From positions 87,358,001-87,422,000 of the forward strand of contig OX597815.1 of the NCBI GenBank assembly GCA_951406725.2: a stretch of 64,000 bases of DNA, read 5' to 3'. Below the pieces are notes generated by a model, which saw nothing but the letters and a program-made list of their open reading frames with translations, had not been told where the DNA came from and did not search any database. The DNA is from Octopus vulgaris (lineage: Eukaryota). Within the stretch, counting starts at the first letter, position 1; every line of letters starts with the position of its first letter. A program made the translations under genes and the position numbers. Below, one piece after another: positions 1-14,570 of this stretch.

Positions 1-514
1 TTTAAATAGAAGGTAAATTTATAAATTAAGTTTACATTGTTCCAATTTAAATAGACAAAAGAATAAGAAAATATTCCAAGTAGTTGCCTTCTTAAGACAG
101 AAGCTATTCATTTGAACTATTATTATACCACAGCCACACAAACACTATAGTATCTCTAAACTTCTGCAGCAGCAACAACTGAATACACTCAGCTCCATAA
201 CTATGGACAGGAAGGTGTATATACGTGCTCTACTTATAGTGACTAAAGAAAAATAACAAATAAAAGGAGGTTGTAGAGAAACTTGCAAACTATTTTTACA
301 TGACTATATATTAGCACTGACACATCACCAAAATCTAGAGCTATGAATTTGCTTATGCTATATTCTTAGCAACTGCATTCTGTAAATATTTTCCAAGCCT
401 CCCAAATTACAATTTAAACTTATAGATTAATGATGCACTAAACAAATTATGCAATGTACACTGTTTAATGCATTATAAATTAATTAATCACACAATCAAC
501 AAAAATACTATTAA

Positions 515-732
515 CCCTTTAGTATTCAAACCAGCCATATCCAGCCTAAATATTCTACCTCCTTTATGTTAAAACTAGCCAAATCCAGCCTCTTACATAT
601 ACCCAGCAATATCATTCTTAAAGTAAAGAGTCACATCACAGAAATCTCAGTTATGAGACAAAACATGACTAATACAGGGCAATGTGAATATATAAGCATT
701 ACATTTCACAGAGTAATCTGAATACGAAAGGG
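515..732. mobile_element. piggyBac-type MITE
   Basis: TTAA on both sides (511-514, 733-736). TIRs CCCTTTAGTATTCA / TGAATACGAAAGGG match at 13/14. Confidence 0.8.
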
Positions 733-1589
733 TTAAACAAATCAGACTAACCAATATAGCAAGGTTATAATATATTATGACTATAAATAGCTTATTGTAG
801 TTCTCTTCATGTCTGATGAAAACTCCAATTAGAGGAGCAACTGGCTAAATCAATCCCTTTTCTTGTTCAGAGAATGATAAAAAAGACATTTGCTAATATT
901 TGTCAACATTTAGATTGCACATCTCAGTGATGGCTAAAATTTTTATTATTGTTAGGTATACCTTACTATACATTTCTTATCATGAAACTTATGGAATATG
1001 GACAAGTTTGTTATGTTTTTGTTTTTGTAGTTTTTTTTCTGCAGAAACCAAAAAGATGTTGCAAGGCAAATGAATAAACAGTCTTCAACTAATCAATAAT
1101 TAGATTTCTTTGCATAATATATAGAGATCAGGGTATAATGGAATTGAAGTGATTTGTCAGCATACTTTTTAATAGGATTTTTAGTGAGAAATACAACAAA
1201 AAATGTGAACTGAACTAAAAAATATAATTCATTTTCAAGTTCAAAAGGATTAATTTTTCCTTATTAGGATTTGTTTTTAATGGATGGATAGCTGCATTTT
1301 TCCTGAGGCTGAATGAATTATAGTACTCTTTGATAAGTCTCGAAAATAACTTTGCAGATGTATCATTCTTTTTCACTAAATCTGATAAAATTTATATTTT
1401 CTAAATATTAAAAAACAGGTTTTCTAATTTTCAATGACCTTTACCTTAAAATTTGGAACAGTAACTACCACATAGATGACAACCATTTATACAACTATGT
1501 CTATAGCAAAATTTTCATATGCAATGCAATCAAATTTCCTGTTTTAATGATTTTTTCATAATATCTCTGCTGCTAAAAGTATTGTATTT

Positions 1590-3510
1590 TCTTCACTGGT
1601 GACTTCAACAAGCATTAGATTCCATACTGCACATGGAGACTGTAGTTTTGGTCCTTGAAATGAAGAGGAAACAAGGCAGCTGCAGTTCTGTAATGCAAAT
1701 GACTTGATGATCTGCAAACACTAACTTCAAGAAACCAGTCAGTCATCAATCAATCTGGTTGGCACACAATCCAAGTTGGGTACATTCTCACCAGAAAACA
1801 AGATAGACCGATGCTTATGAATACAAAGTCCTTCTCAGTAGAAGAATGTACAACACAACATAGGTTAGTGGCTAGTGACTTCAGACTTAGAATTAAAAAG
1901 ACTGAGAAATGCAAACCAGTCTTTTATAGAAAGTTATGGAAGCTTAAAGATCCAATGAACAGTCAGAAAATTAGAGAAGTACTAGTTGAAGCATAGGAGA
2001 AGAGGGTGTACACACTGGAAATTCCTTTGAGACAACCTACTGAGAGTAACAGACCAAATCTGTATCTGATGCAAAGTTCCAGCTAGACCAAGAGTGACAT
2101 GGTTGTGAGACAACAGTAAAGAGAAGAGAACCATAAAAGCAAAGAAATAGGCTTGGAAAGATTGTAAGAATGGAAGTAGCAGAGAATTATGCCAGGTAGC
2201 TAGAAGAAAAGTTAAATGATAGGTCTGTTTCGTAAGAAGGGTAGGAGTAGAAAGGAAAAGATTTGTCAATGTTCTATAGCATGAAGATCAGAGACATGTG
2301 GTGTTCTGGATAACAAGACAGTGTATCAAAAAGAATCAAGATATTATGGGCAACAAGTATATGCGAATCGATGACTATATATTTGTACTTAGTGATGCTG
2401 AAAAGAAAGTGGTATGGAAGTGCAGTTGTGAAAGGTTACTAAATGTAGAGAATGCATGTGAGGACAAGGGTTTACCCAACATGCACCTAACAGAGGGACC
2501 AGCTATCCTACTTGACAACAGTATGACAAAGCAATTAAGCATATGAAGGCAGGAAAAGCCCCTGGTTCATCAGGAATCATTGCAGAGAAGGATACAGCCT
2601 AGTCACCCACATAGTTAATCAGGTTACACAGGTAGGTCTTATACCCAATAACTGACTTAACAATATAACCAATTGTTACAAGGGTAAAGGAAATACCTTA
2701 GACAGAAGGAAAGAGATATCAAATTACTGGATCAGGTCAAGAAAGTTACTGAAAGTTACAGTTAATTAGGTCAGAATTAGGTTCGAGGAGGTGCAGTTTC
2801 AAATTGTGCATGGGAAAAGTAGCACTAATACTCTGTTTCTCGTAAAACAACTTTGAAAAGTATTAGGCTAAAATTAAGCCAGTATACTTGGCATACATCA
2901 ACCTGGGGAAAGCCTTTGGCAGGGTCCCACACTCTGGGAAATGGTGGTCTCTGAGGAAGCTAGAGATAAATATATGGCTTATAGCCATACAAGCAATACA
3001 CAAGGTCAATAAGGTGAGAATTAGCAAAGATGGCAGTTCACCAGGACACAGTTCTGAGTCCCTTCTATTCATTAAAGCCTCTAGGTCATTACAGAAATTT
3101 AAGACCTCATCAGCATGATCTTCATTTCATTTTCCAGCTACTTCCACCCAACCTTACATAATGTGGGCTAGCTATGTATCTCTTCTGTTGCAAGACACCA
3201 GTACCTGTCCATTATACTTTAACTTCTCAACACCTGTATAAAGCCATCTCCCTATCTACTACAACCCCACTCAATCAAAGTGTTTTCCTTGTCTTGCAAG
3301 TTACTTGGTGGCTTCACTATTGTTAGTGTCATGAAAAAAAGCACCCAGCACACTCTGTAAAATGGTTAGCATTAAGAAGGGTATCAGTAATAGAAACCAT
3401 GCCAAAACAGACATTAGGACTTGGCACAGACTTCTGACTTTTTGGATCCTGCCAAATTGTCCAGTGCATGCCAAGCATGAAAAACAAAGATTAAATGATG
3501 ACGAGGAGGA
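1590..3510 (+). mobile_element. Degraded RTE-clade LINE (endonuclease end, RT fragment, 3' tail)
   Basis: GDFN motif at ~1598, EECTTQHRLVASDFRL, an RT-like AYINLGKAFGRVP..WWSLRKL (cf. FVDLEKAFDRVP), and a 3' tail ending ...ttaaatgatgacgag. Many stops and frameshifts. Confidence 0.8.
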
Positions 3511-6500
3511 TGATAATCTATATTGTAAATGTTACAGCATTGTTTTGTCCTGAGTTGCAATGTTCCAGTTACAGTCACAGACCTTTTCAGCTGTCTATTT
3601 ATCTAACACTACACTGTTCAATATGCCATTCCCTTTTTTTAAGACAAGAGGGAATTTGGCTGCTATTTCTAGCATACCAAATGACCAGATAGATGCTCCC
3701 TGAAAGGAGAAGCTCTGTGCAATAGAATGTTGACCAGGATAATTGCTGTAATAGCACCATCGATGGCTTAACATTAACTTTTACCATACTAACATGGAAC
3801 ACACAGAATGTACTTATATATGTAGAATTTAATTTAGGAAGATGCATCTATCTTATCTTATGTCTAACTTGTACCTTAATACCATTGATTAGCATCTTTC
3901 AGCACTGTCTAAACTTTATCTACTAGCTAATTAACTCTAATTTGCCAACTGCAAAGCAGCATAGCAAGGTGATGCAAAACAAAATATCATGAGAGCTGCG
4001 ATAGAATTTCCAGAAGCACAGAATGTGTGACACAGTTGAAAGTACGTTAACCAAGTAAATATGGATGGTGGATGAGTGGTTAGATTACTGGACTAATAAC
4101 TGGTATTTAAATGGTACAGAAACTGTACTGTGTTCATTTAGGTATAAACAATTAAAAGCTATGCTTTTCTTATACCATGATAGCTATTGGATTTTGGCAC
4201 AAGAAGCAAACTTTTGACCTTTGGCAAAACAGATAAAAGTTGCACTTTAATCCAAGTAATCAACAATCACAAGTAGTCTGTCTTACATTTTACTTTTTGG
4301 ATTTCCTTTTCACTTTGTATTTTATAATTTTTATTTATACCTAGAATGCTCTTTCATCAATAATACAAAACTCAAAGTCAGCTTTCATAATTACTATATA
4401 CTTTTCTTGAATAAGTTATGCATAAAAAAATAAACAAACACACACAAAGCTCAGTTAATCGGTGAAAACACTAAAATGAAACCAAACTAGATTATGTACT
4501 ACAGTACTTGATCACCATTTAAAAGAAATCCCTTAAACTTTGCTGATCTAACCCAAAATAGATATATATCAAGACAACTAGGAAATTCACAAATTGAATA
4601 TTTGCAATAAACATACCCAAATACCATCATGCTAAAGATAAAAGCAACAATAAAGCTGAGGGGGAAGTACCTCAAGGGAACATTCTGTAAACTAAATATA
4701 CATACTGTTGGGAGTCATATATATAATACTGTGAATTGAAAAAGCTTTGATATACCATGCAAATAGTAATCAAAAAATCCCACTTTAGATGTTTAAATCT
4801 AAAAACAACAACCAAGAGAGTTGACTCTAATATCAGCTAATCAAAATATATTAGAGAAGTATTTCCTTTCTGATAGGCTTGCCAAGGGTGCCTCGAGGCA
4901 GAAAAGGTTAGGATATTGTGCCCTAAAGCACAGAATGTATTTCAAGAGTTTTGCCAAGGATGAAAAGGCTGCTACTTTTTCAAGTGGCATGTCTTATAGA
5001 CACAAAGAGATTCTATAAAAGCTCAAATAGAAGTCATTACATCCATCAGTTTAAAATGAGAACCTGTGATACAAACTCAATTCTACAAGTATCAGTAGCA
5101 AAAGTCAGAATTAGTAGAGCATCATTCAAAATAACCTGGGGTATTTGTTTAAGTTCATTTACATTCTGTGTTAAAATCCTACCCAAGTTCACATTAACCT
5201 TCACCTTTTTGAAGTTGATAAAAGAAGTTCCAATCAATAGTTATTAGAACCATTATAATCAACAGTACCTTGAAAGGAGTGCCACAGAATGTCAAGAGGT
5301 TCAATGAGTGAAATTAGTAAAAGGAAATCAAACAATGAAATTTACAGATTTATATGTAAACCAATTGCCTCTAATGTTCTCACATTAAATATTCCTTTCT
5401 GGATAATATATTTGCTTTTTATGATCATTAATAAATAACAATGCATATGACCAAAAGTAGTTTTGAGACTGTGTTACTAATTTGAATAGTTGCAACAAAG
5501 CTTATATACTCAGAAGCTATGAGAGAGGAATACATAAAAACAAATAATTAACTAAATCTGATTAAACTAGCTTAACCCAAAACTAATTTAGCTTGTAGTG
5601 AAATGATACTCTTAAAGGTTTTGTTTCTGATCTAGTCTAATCACCAGGTCGTGCGATCATAGTCTAATGAAATACTACAAATTCAAGTACACACAAAAGA
5701 AAACACCAAAATTTATTTTGTTTAATATACTGAAAATATTTCAGGAGTTATGATTACAAACTTCTTTTTAACAGATAAAGAGCACAATGTTCCAATTATG
5801 CTATCTATGAACTAAAAACAAAATATAGACATAACCAAGAAGAACCCTATGACAAACATCAGCCCCAATAGAGGAACAAGCATAAAAATCAAGCTCAGCA
5901 AGATGACACCAGAAGTTAAATCAAAAGTATTGTTGCAGACCCTCATATGAAGCATGTGTATTTGTGTATATGGAAATACAACTGAATGTACACGTCTCTT
6001 AACCTTTGACATATCAAACCGACTAAGACTGTTTACACAAGTTACCAACCAAGAAAAGTCTTGTCATAATTTTATTTTCCAAGCATCTTTTCATATAAAT
6101 AAATGTTTATAAAGATTCTTCATAAGCCCCACTCCAAACTCCTACACACAAACACACACACACACACACACACAGCCAAATCATGTTAAGGAAATGATCA
6201 GTAATGGATTGATTTTTAATATTATGTATGTTTGTATGTAGAAATTATTGCAAAAACTCAGTTCGTGATAAGCACTTTCAGTGAATATGTCTTCAAAAGC
6301 CTTTGAAATATTAAGCTCTAGTTTCACAGCATTAAAAGGTTGAGAGGTAGATCCAGCTCTGAATAGACTGGCAGTAGAAATGCGAGTGTAAAGCAGTTTC
6401 AGCAGTTAAATGATTTCAATATTCTAACATGAAATTTGTGTCAACATTTTCTAATGAAATAATCCTCAAGTATGAAATCTAAATCAATCAATAAGCCCTT

Positions 6501-7625
6501 AGTTAACAATTACAGCAGTAACTGCATTTTTGTTGCAGAAAAATGTGTGTCGAGCATTGGAAATAACGTGTTATAATTGTTTTTTTATTAACCTAAAGAA
6601 ACTCGTTATATTGACAGATTCAGTTTAAATAACAGCATTAGGTTAACAAATGTGGAGAGTATAAGTCAGAAGGAATGTTGTGTGCAGTATATCATTCACA
6701 TCATTAATGTCACACAGCAACAAGGATAAGGTTAATCCTAGTTACTCTTCTTAAACAAGTGAACTTTCTATTTCAAAGTAGATAGAACTACTTGGTACAT
6801 ATTGTTCTGCTAGTTATCAACAATTAGGAAATAGGAAAAACTACTATAAATCTAAATCCCTCAGACTTCATAGTTATCTTTCATCAAGACTATTTCCATT
6901 TGAGCTTTTTATTTTCTTTTTTTTAATCTTTTTTATTGTAGGTTGTTGGTAGTGGAGAACTACAGCACAAAAAGAAATAAAACCTAGAACTTTATTTACA
7001 TCAACTCTAAGTTGGTTGTAAAAATGCATTACTTTATAACGTAATGCAATTTCTTTAATTAAAGATCATGGTATTATACAGTTTAGAAAAGAATTTTCAA
7101 AAATAAAAGGAAAAAAAATTAATAAGTGGTATAGCAATCTCAATACTATGATGCAAGTTATAAAAGAGCTGACAATTAAATTACAAAACAGCACAAGTTG
7201 AGATCAATATAACTAACTACATTTTCACTGCCTCTACTCCATCACTTGTTTCAATATGAAAAGCTTCCATCTAGCAGGAGGTTCTATATAGTTGAAGAAT
7301 CTACCCAACTAAAGATTAAACATCTATGAACTAACAACAGCCTTTTGCAATAAACTTCAAATCAATTACTTTTCATTTTTACAATACAACACAAAAGAAG
7401 GGAAAACATTTAGTAGCATTAGAAATCTGATGAAACAGGAAGTTGTAATAGCACAAAATGTCTAAACCTCAAAAATTAAAAGCATTAAAACTATTTATGT
7501 AGTGTAGGTTTTTCAGTGACTAATCCAGTAATGGAGACGGTTTTCATGTCTACAAGATCATATCAGGCGGAATCCAATTGTTTGATATAAAATTTCAATC
7601 TGGTACAGATATAAGGAACATGTAG

Positions 7626-7683
<58 letters not shown>

Positions 7684-7707
7684 GAGAGAGAGAGAGTGTG
7701 TGTGTGT
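7626..7707. repeat. (GA)n-(GT)n microsatellite
   Basis: Visible dinucleotide run. Confidence 0.95.
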
Positions 7708-8359
7708 AATCATTATTCTTTTAATTAATCAACATTTCTTTTTAAACTATTTCAAAGGCAACATGGGGAAAGGTCAATATAAGAACACTGTCCAACCAGC
7801 TTCCACAAATATAATAACTTTTAAAGGATCTATGCAATCAACTATCCTAAAAGTTAATAGGTGACGAACCATTCAATTTAAGACAAACTAAATAAAAAAA
7901 AAAATATTCATGTTCAAATCTACCAAAACATACTGAAAATGGATATGATATGGTTTGGGTTCTTGTTCAACATGCACCTCATGAATTATTATCTATTTGA
8001 CAAACATCAGTACACATCAGCAAATAATTTGCTGATCTCTATAAACAAGAGTTTTGTTAAATTCATTTGCCCAATGGAGTAGCTTTGACCAAGATATAAA
8101 ATAGTTCGAAACACTACCATGTCTCAAAGTACCCCTATACAGGTGAATTGTGTATGTTATGGGCACACATTGTCTAAATGGAGGAGATACTCTCCAATGG
8201 CAATAAACAACAGTGATCAAAAACTCCAGTTCAAATCTGCCAGAACATATTGAGAATCTCTTATTATAAAAGGCAGATTTTATCTGCCTCCCTTTGGGAG
8301 TTATACAAATCTACAATATAGGATTTCTTCAATTACAATTTACCTACCATTTTTAAGAG

Positions 8360-8975
8360 TACAATGCATCGCGTCATGCCAGGTCCAGTTTTTAAAATTT
8401 AAACTCCAATTAAGCAAAATTTACAGAAAACTCACATTCTGGTGTGTGTGTCAAATGCTTTTCTTAGTCTGGTTTACACCACACGCAAACGCACACACAC
8501 AGTGTGCGACGAATAAAATGAAAGTAAATAGCGACAGAGTGATTTGAGGAAGACTAAAGTGAAAGTATTTAAACAACTACTCAAAAAATAAAAAAAACAC
8601 AGCAAACAGAAACAAATAAAGACACAATTTCTTCAATTAGAGTTTACCTAAGATTTTTCAGAGTACTTCAGTGGGTGATGCCATAAAAAATTTCTTTCAA
8701 TTTTACCACCAATTAAGACAAAATTCGAGAAAACTCAATATTTTAACATATCACTCCGAAAGCATTGATGTACATGTGTGCGTGCGTGAGTGTGTGTGTG
8801 TCATTCCTCACACACACGCATACACATACAACATACACATACAGCTACATACAAACACGTGTGTGTTTGTTATTAGTAAAAAAGGCGCCAAATCACAACT
8901 CACTTATCATTCCAACACATTTGCAAAGACACACGGACGGACAGAAAAGGTAAGTTGGTTTTTATTTTACTCATT
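8360..8975 (-). mobile_element. Interspersed repeat, possibly Helitron-like
   Basis: Internal direct subrepeats (ccaattaag..aaaatt..gaaaactca at ~8407 and ~8710), a ggacggacag simple-repeat end, and more CpG than the flanks. Termini not resolved. Confidence 0.35.
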
Positions 8976-9095
8976 TCCTATTGTGTTTTCAAAATTTGTA
9001 ATTCTGACAAAAAATGGATACGAATTTCATTATATCAAGCAGCGAGTCAGAATTGACCTTCATAAATCTAACTCTATGACTGAAAAAAAAAAGCA

Positions 9096-9489
9096 TCTTT
9101 ATATAAGAGTGAAGTTGTGTGTCTGTCTCCTACGATTTAGATTCCTAACTACTCCCACATTTTGCGGTGCAGTTTAACCAAAAGCGGGTATCTTATAGTC
9201 GTGATTCATATCGAGCCCTTCTGGGTATTAGCGTGCATCTACGATGAGTCTACGATTTAAAAAAATTTACCATCATATTTTTCCATTTTAATGCATTTTT
9301 TTCGCTTTTATATAAGGGAAGTAACTCTCTAAAAATATCTACGATGTGTCAACGATTTAAAAAAAAATTTACCTTAATTTTTTTTCAATTTTTAATGCAT
9401 TTTTTTGCTATTTTTTGGCTATAACTCTCTAAAAATGCTTATATAGTTATTTCCCTTACAACCCAAGCAACGCCAGGCGATAATGCTAG
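9096..9489 (+). mobile_element. Complete non-autonomous Helitron
   Basis: Starts a|TCTTTATATAA and ends with a GC-rich subterminal segment (cccaagcaacgccaggcg) then CTAG|t. It sits between A and T with no TSD, and has internal direct repeats (tctacgat...atttaaaaaaaatttacc). Confidence 0.8.
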
Positions 9490-11161
9490 TAAATAGATAA
9501 ATTATAGCTTAGATTCTCACTGTTCTCTGTGCACCTCATCAATTATTATGAAAAAAATATCTTCAACTAAAAAGCCCAGAAGAATGTTTGAAAGATTTAA
9601 TAAAATAAAGCCCTAAGAAGATTTTTTGCATTTTTTTTTTTGCTCCTATATTTCTTAACATATATACATGAAAAATATGAAAATGTAAACAGGAGAAATT
9701 GCATAAAACTTAATAGACATTAATGAGAAGATGATATAAAAAGACATTTTATTGATTGCAGAAGTTATGACAATGTGAGAAATGTAAGGGATGAGATGAG
9801 ACTTCAACATATTAAGGATATCCCAAACAATCTTAAATTCTTAAAATGCAATTTAATCATCTACTACTGAATAATCCAACTACTATTTGTCATTCACTAA
9901 TAATCAAGGCCTGTACAATATGTTGGTGTTTAAATACACTGAAAACAAGACAGGAGATCTAGGAATACATTATCCAATGTGTCCTTCCTTTCTTTAAGAT
10001 TGTACAGTGTGATCCAAATGATTTTTTACAGCTATTTCTAGCAGGTCAAGTGACCATGCAGAGACTTAAGTATGCTATAGGTACCCAGTGATTTAAATGT
10101 AATTTAAGCTATAGGTAACCAATGAATTATATATTATGTAGGTTCAAGGTAGCAATGGAATTATATTATGTAAAATAATAAATCTCAAAATAATTAAAAG
10201 CGCAAGAAATATAAGAACAGAATTCTTCTGCTTGACTCATATTCAAAATTAAAAAATAAAACATGAAACTTTTAAATAAGTTTTTAAAATCTATATATTG
10301 CTTAAAAAGTAACATAGCATTTTACTATTTTTGAAATTGAGCATACCTGTTTTAGAGAAAGAAAAGTTAATACACGTGACACAAAAATCATTACTGCATA
10401 TAATTCCCTTATTTCCATTTATAAAAATCAACTTAATTAACTCCACAATAACTCATGAAACCACACTGCAGTATAATTTTTACTTTGAGTTGTCTACAGA
10501 TTACATTTGTTGCAAGTTTTTTTTCCACATCCATCTCTATTAACAGTCATCTTACTGCTAACGAAGCATGCCCCAGCTTAGTGTCAAGTAGTAGCAAAAA
10601 TCTATATCTTCAACACCAATTATGAACAGTTATGATTTTCATGGTGTGCTTTTATGATGTTTCTCTCCTAATGAGTTGCCAATTATACTAATTTCTTATT
10701 GTTTCCACATATGAAAGATTGATATTCAACTGCTCAATTAGATGCAGTAACACATGCACACATTCTGACCATTGAAAAGTGTAAGCTTATCAAACTATTA
10801 ATCTCATATTTTGTTTCTATAAACAATACATTTTGATTTGTATATTCATTTGTTGTTTTAAAGAACAATATTTTTATACATAAACAAATTCCTTAACACA
10901 GGGACCGTGTCATCAAAGACCAATAAAACACTACAAACAGGGCCTGTGGAAATTCCAGCTATTCTGGAAGTCGTAAGGTGGTTGGAATTTTATAGAGAAC
11001 CATGAAACAATCTTTTGATATTGTGTTTTGTTTGAAATATTTCATTCTTTAGATGGTGTAAAAGCCTATATATGCAGTATTGAATGTAATATCACTTAAG
11101 ACTGCACAAACCACCAGTCTAAGTCCACCCACAGGGCCTTGAGTGAAAATAGAGTCTAATG

Positions 11162-11567
11162 CAGGGATGGGCAACTTTTCGTCAACTGGGGGATGCATCA
11201 TACCATTTCCAAGCGGGAGAGGGCCGCATGATAAAACACATCTGCATGAAATATTACTTGCCCACTTAACACTGAATTGTTTGCAGTTCTTAATTTTATT
11301 TGTCTTAGTATGAAAGTTTACATTAAGCTGGCATCTCTTTCATTGTTTCCTAATGTACATCGAGAGAGAGAAAAGGAAGGTGGGACGAAATTAAATGCAA
11401 AATTGAAGTGCAAGTTTAAGAGGTGAGAGACAATAAGGTTAATAATTGGAAAATTTGAGAAAAATTTTTCACTTGTAGAAATTAGTAACCTAGAAACTCA
11501 TTGAAGGCCGCACAACAACATGTTGAGAACTGCATGCAGACCGGAGGCCACAGGTTGCCCATGCATG
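11162..11567. mobile_element. hAT-type MITE
   Basis: TIRs CAGGGATGGGCAAC / GTTGCCCATGCATG, a degenerate 8-bp TSD (gtctaatg / gtccagta), and subterminal GGCCGCA motifs. Confidence 0.65.
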
Positions 11568-12001
11568 GTCCAGTAATTAGAGTATTCAGCTCATGATTAC
11601 ATGGATTCAATTCCTGGAATAAGTAACACATCTTGAGCAAGACACTTCATTACATGTTGCTCAGCCTTTTCAGCAATAATGAATAACAGCTGAGTACAGG
11701 TGCAGCCCTCTTTCTCTCCAGCTGGCACATTCTGGATGTTCTGCTGGTTAACTTGTACCACGCTTTCACTAAAACAATTAGTGAAAGCAATGGTACTTGT
11801 TACCAAGCCATATTTGTTCACAAGTGATGGCTAGTTGTGTTATACCCACAATTTCATGTAGAACACCTTGAATTGGGTCTGTTTTATATTACTATGGAAC
11901 CAAAATAAGTCCGAGTAATATTTTAAGGTCAAATCAAATATACCTATCTCCCACCAAATATTGGCATTGTGCAACCTAGTCAAAAAAATTACTATTAGTC
12001 A

Positions 12002-12308
12002 TCTCTATATATATAAACGGCAAAATGTCTGCGTGCGTGTCCTTTATACAAATCCACAATTTTTCAGTTAGAGGGCTCGCACTTTCTATGGTCATTCAAA
12101 ACCATCCAAGGGTGGTCATGCACATCTTTACATTTCCCCAGTCACCCAGCAAAGCCATTAAAAAATCAATAGAAGTGACTTTTTTGTGAATTTTCTATCC
12201 AAAACCCAATCAAAATACCTGAAACTTGATACGCCAATTGAATGCCAGCTAGCTGTATGTGATTGGTCGGAGATTTGGACAGTACTTGCATGTATGTGCA
12301 CACGCACT
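12002..12308 (+). mobile_element. Helitron 5' fragment
   Basis: Begins a|TCTCTATATATATAAACGGC followed by a gtctgcgtgcgtgt simple repeat. No 3' CTAG found. Confidence 0.45.
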
Positions 12309-13719
12309 ATATTAAACCAGTTTATAAGTAAATGAAATAAGAGATAACAGGGTTAAATAAGTCTTACAGTATTTAGTTTTGTCCATAAATCCAACTAAGG
12401 TCAATCAACAACATATTCTACATTATATTTGATGTAGGTAAAATTAGTACCAAGTTTCGCTGGAGGGATAGTTCAATCATACATTCCTTTTTCTATAAGT
12501 TTGTGGCCTTAAGTTTAGTCAGTATTATTAGAGACATGACTAAGTCAAATCAAAGAAAGATTAAACAGTAAGGAAAGCAATAAATCAAAGAATGTAAGTT
12601 GTTGTTTTCTGTTTTTTGCTGCATTGTCTTTTTTTATATACTGCCAACAGCAAGTTAATAGAAAAAAAAATTTAACAACCAGCCCAACTAACTTTATTAA
12701 CAACCTTTGACAAAACCAAATTCTTATAAAAGCTATTTTTAAACAGGTGCCAAATAACTTACTTTTTAATAAGGTTGATGTGATCAAGCTGTTAAAGAAT
12801 TTAATACTAAGTAACCCTCAATTAGATATCAATTATGATATCGGTGTCAGTGACAGTGTATGTGAGAAGGTGGATGTGTGTGCTATCTACACCAGCCAAA
12901 AAGTCAAAACAAATATAAGGGTGTTGTTGAATAACCACAATCTGTACTGCTGAGGCTTTGTGTATGGTGAGCACAAATAACGAAGCTACAGGGTTACTGT
13001 CAAAGTCATAACTTATATAGTCATCAGGTTGAAAATATTCATTTTATAACCACAAGATTCCAGGTATGATCTCACAACTTGGCACCTTGGGAATTTATCT
13101 TCTAGTGTAGCCTCAGTGGAATTTGGCAGGTGGAAATTGTGTGGAAGCCTGTTAGTTTTTTTGTTCTTTTACAGTTATCTCTGTTCATTGTCAACAGCAT
13201 CTTCATCATTTTTAGGTCCACTTTTCATGCTGGAGTGAGTTGGACATTTTGACAAGATCCAACAGGCTAGGGACCCATGTCTTGGTCCAAAATCTCATTT
13301 TGCCATGGTGTCTATAACTGGATGCCCTTCCTAATACCAACCATTTAACAGAGTATACTAGATGCTTTTTCCATGGCACCAGCACTATGAATTCACCTTG
13401 TAACTTGAAAGACTGAGAGACAGGAGATAGGGTAATTGTTTTAAGTGATGTGTTGAGTGGTTAATAATAGGAAAAGCAAGAACAGATTTATTGTTATGGA
13501 GAAGATTCATGGCTACCTCACATTTTACATGGGTGAATTGGGGAAGTAGAGTGGTGCCCAAAAGTGAGGTAAATAGAGCAGTGATGAGATGCTAGAATGT
13601 ACCCTGAAGGTAACATGTCCCAGAAGGTGAATAGAAGGGAGCAGATACAGAAGAATCCAGAAGGGTGGGTAAGATTGCAAGAGCATGGGAGGAGAGTGAA
13701 AGATAGATATAAACACAGG

Positions 13720-14570
13720 GGTTTTCCTTTTTCCTTTCTTTTTACTCTAGCATCAAATGGACATGCCATTCAGTTACAACACATAGCTTCTTCTTATCAA
13801 TGACTGCAATATCTGGCCTGGTGTGTTCTAATTTTCTTTCACTCTGTATATGAAAGTCGTGCAACAACTTCACATCATTGTTTTCAAGAGCTTACATTGC
13901 AATTCCCACAAAATGGTTATAGCTTTTTACTGTGCAAGCAAAACCAACTCTTTTTCTTTTTGCAAAAAATTCAAGTTTTGTGTTGCAGCAATCTTATCAT
14001 GCCTACCTACACATTTTGTATTTATTCTGAGCTACCTGTGAATATTTTGATACAATGTGAGCTATGGTTTAATCTGAGTCACTGCACATTCTGCAATTTG
14101 GTGAGTAGTCCTCTTGATGCAGTTTACTCTTAGAACCTGTTCCTATGCTGTCAAAAGCACTCTCTTGCTCTCTTTCTTCAGTACCTCTTTCTGTAGTGGT
14201 AACCAGTTGTCCTTGTCATCCCTTACCTCTCATGTTTTTGAAAAATGCTGAATGAGTTTTCTTTAATTCTAAGTTTGATTCTTTTCCACATTTTTCTTTT
14301 TCCCTCCTTTTGAGCTCTGCCCTATTCCTTCTCCTTTTTTTTTTCTCCAGTATAAACTAGACCATATCAGACCATATGCATTGTTAATTGCTTTCTCGCC
14401 TTCTTACCATGTCCTTCAGTTCAAACTTTCTACATTCAATAAGACCTGCTCCATACCTAATTAGGGGCATTGCCCTCATATTCATTGCTTGTAAGATGTT
14501 TCCCCCTCATTTAATATGGAACATAGGATCTCTATTTTGCAAAAATATTCTTTACTGAGGATTTCCTGTA
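13720..14570 (-). mobile_element. R4/Dong-like non-LTR retrotransposon fragment (restriction-like endonuclease)
   Basis: The minus strand translates, across frameshifts, to SPNCRMCSDSD*TIAHIVS..AQNKYK..RHDKIAA (Zn knuckle plus RHD) and LENNDVKLLHDFHIQSERKLEHTRPDIAVIDKK..ACPFDARVKRKEK (PD..D endonuclease core). Confidence 0.8.

Noticed and set aside
811-845. Other CTGATGA motifs (~813, ~18422, ~52230 minus) as hammerheads
   Set aside because: They lack a stem II followed by GAAA and a cleavage triplet.
8671-9177. 168-aa ORF, the longest in the window
   Set aside because: GTG start, spans a (TG)/(CA) tract and runs into a Helitron. No recognisable domain.
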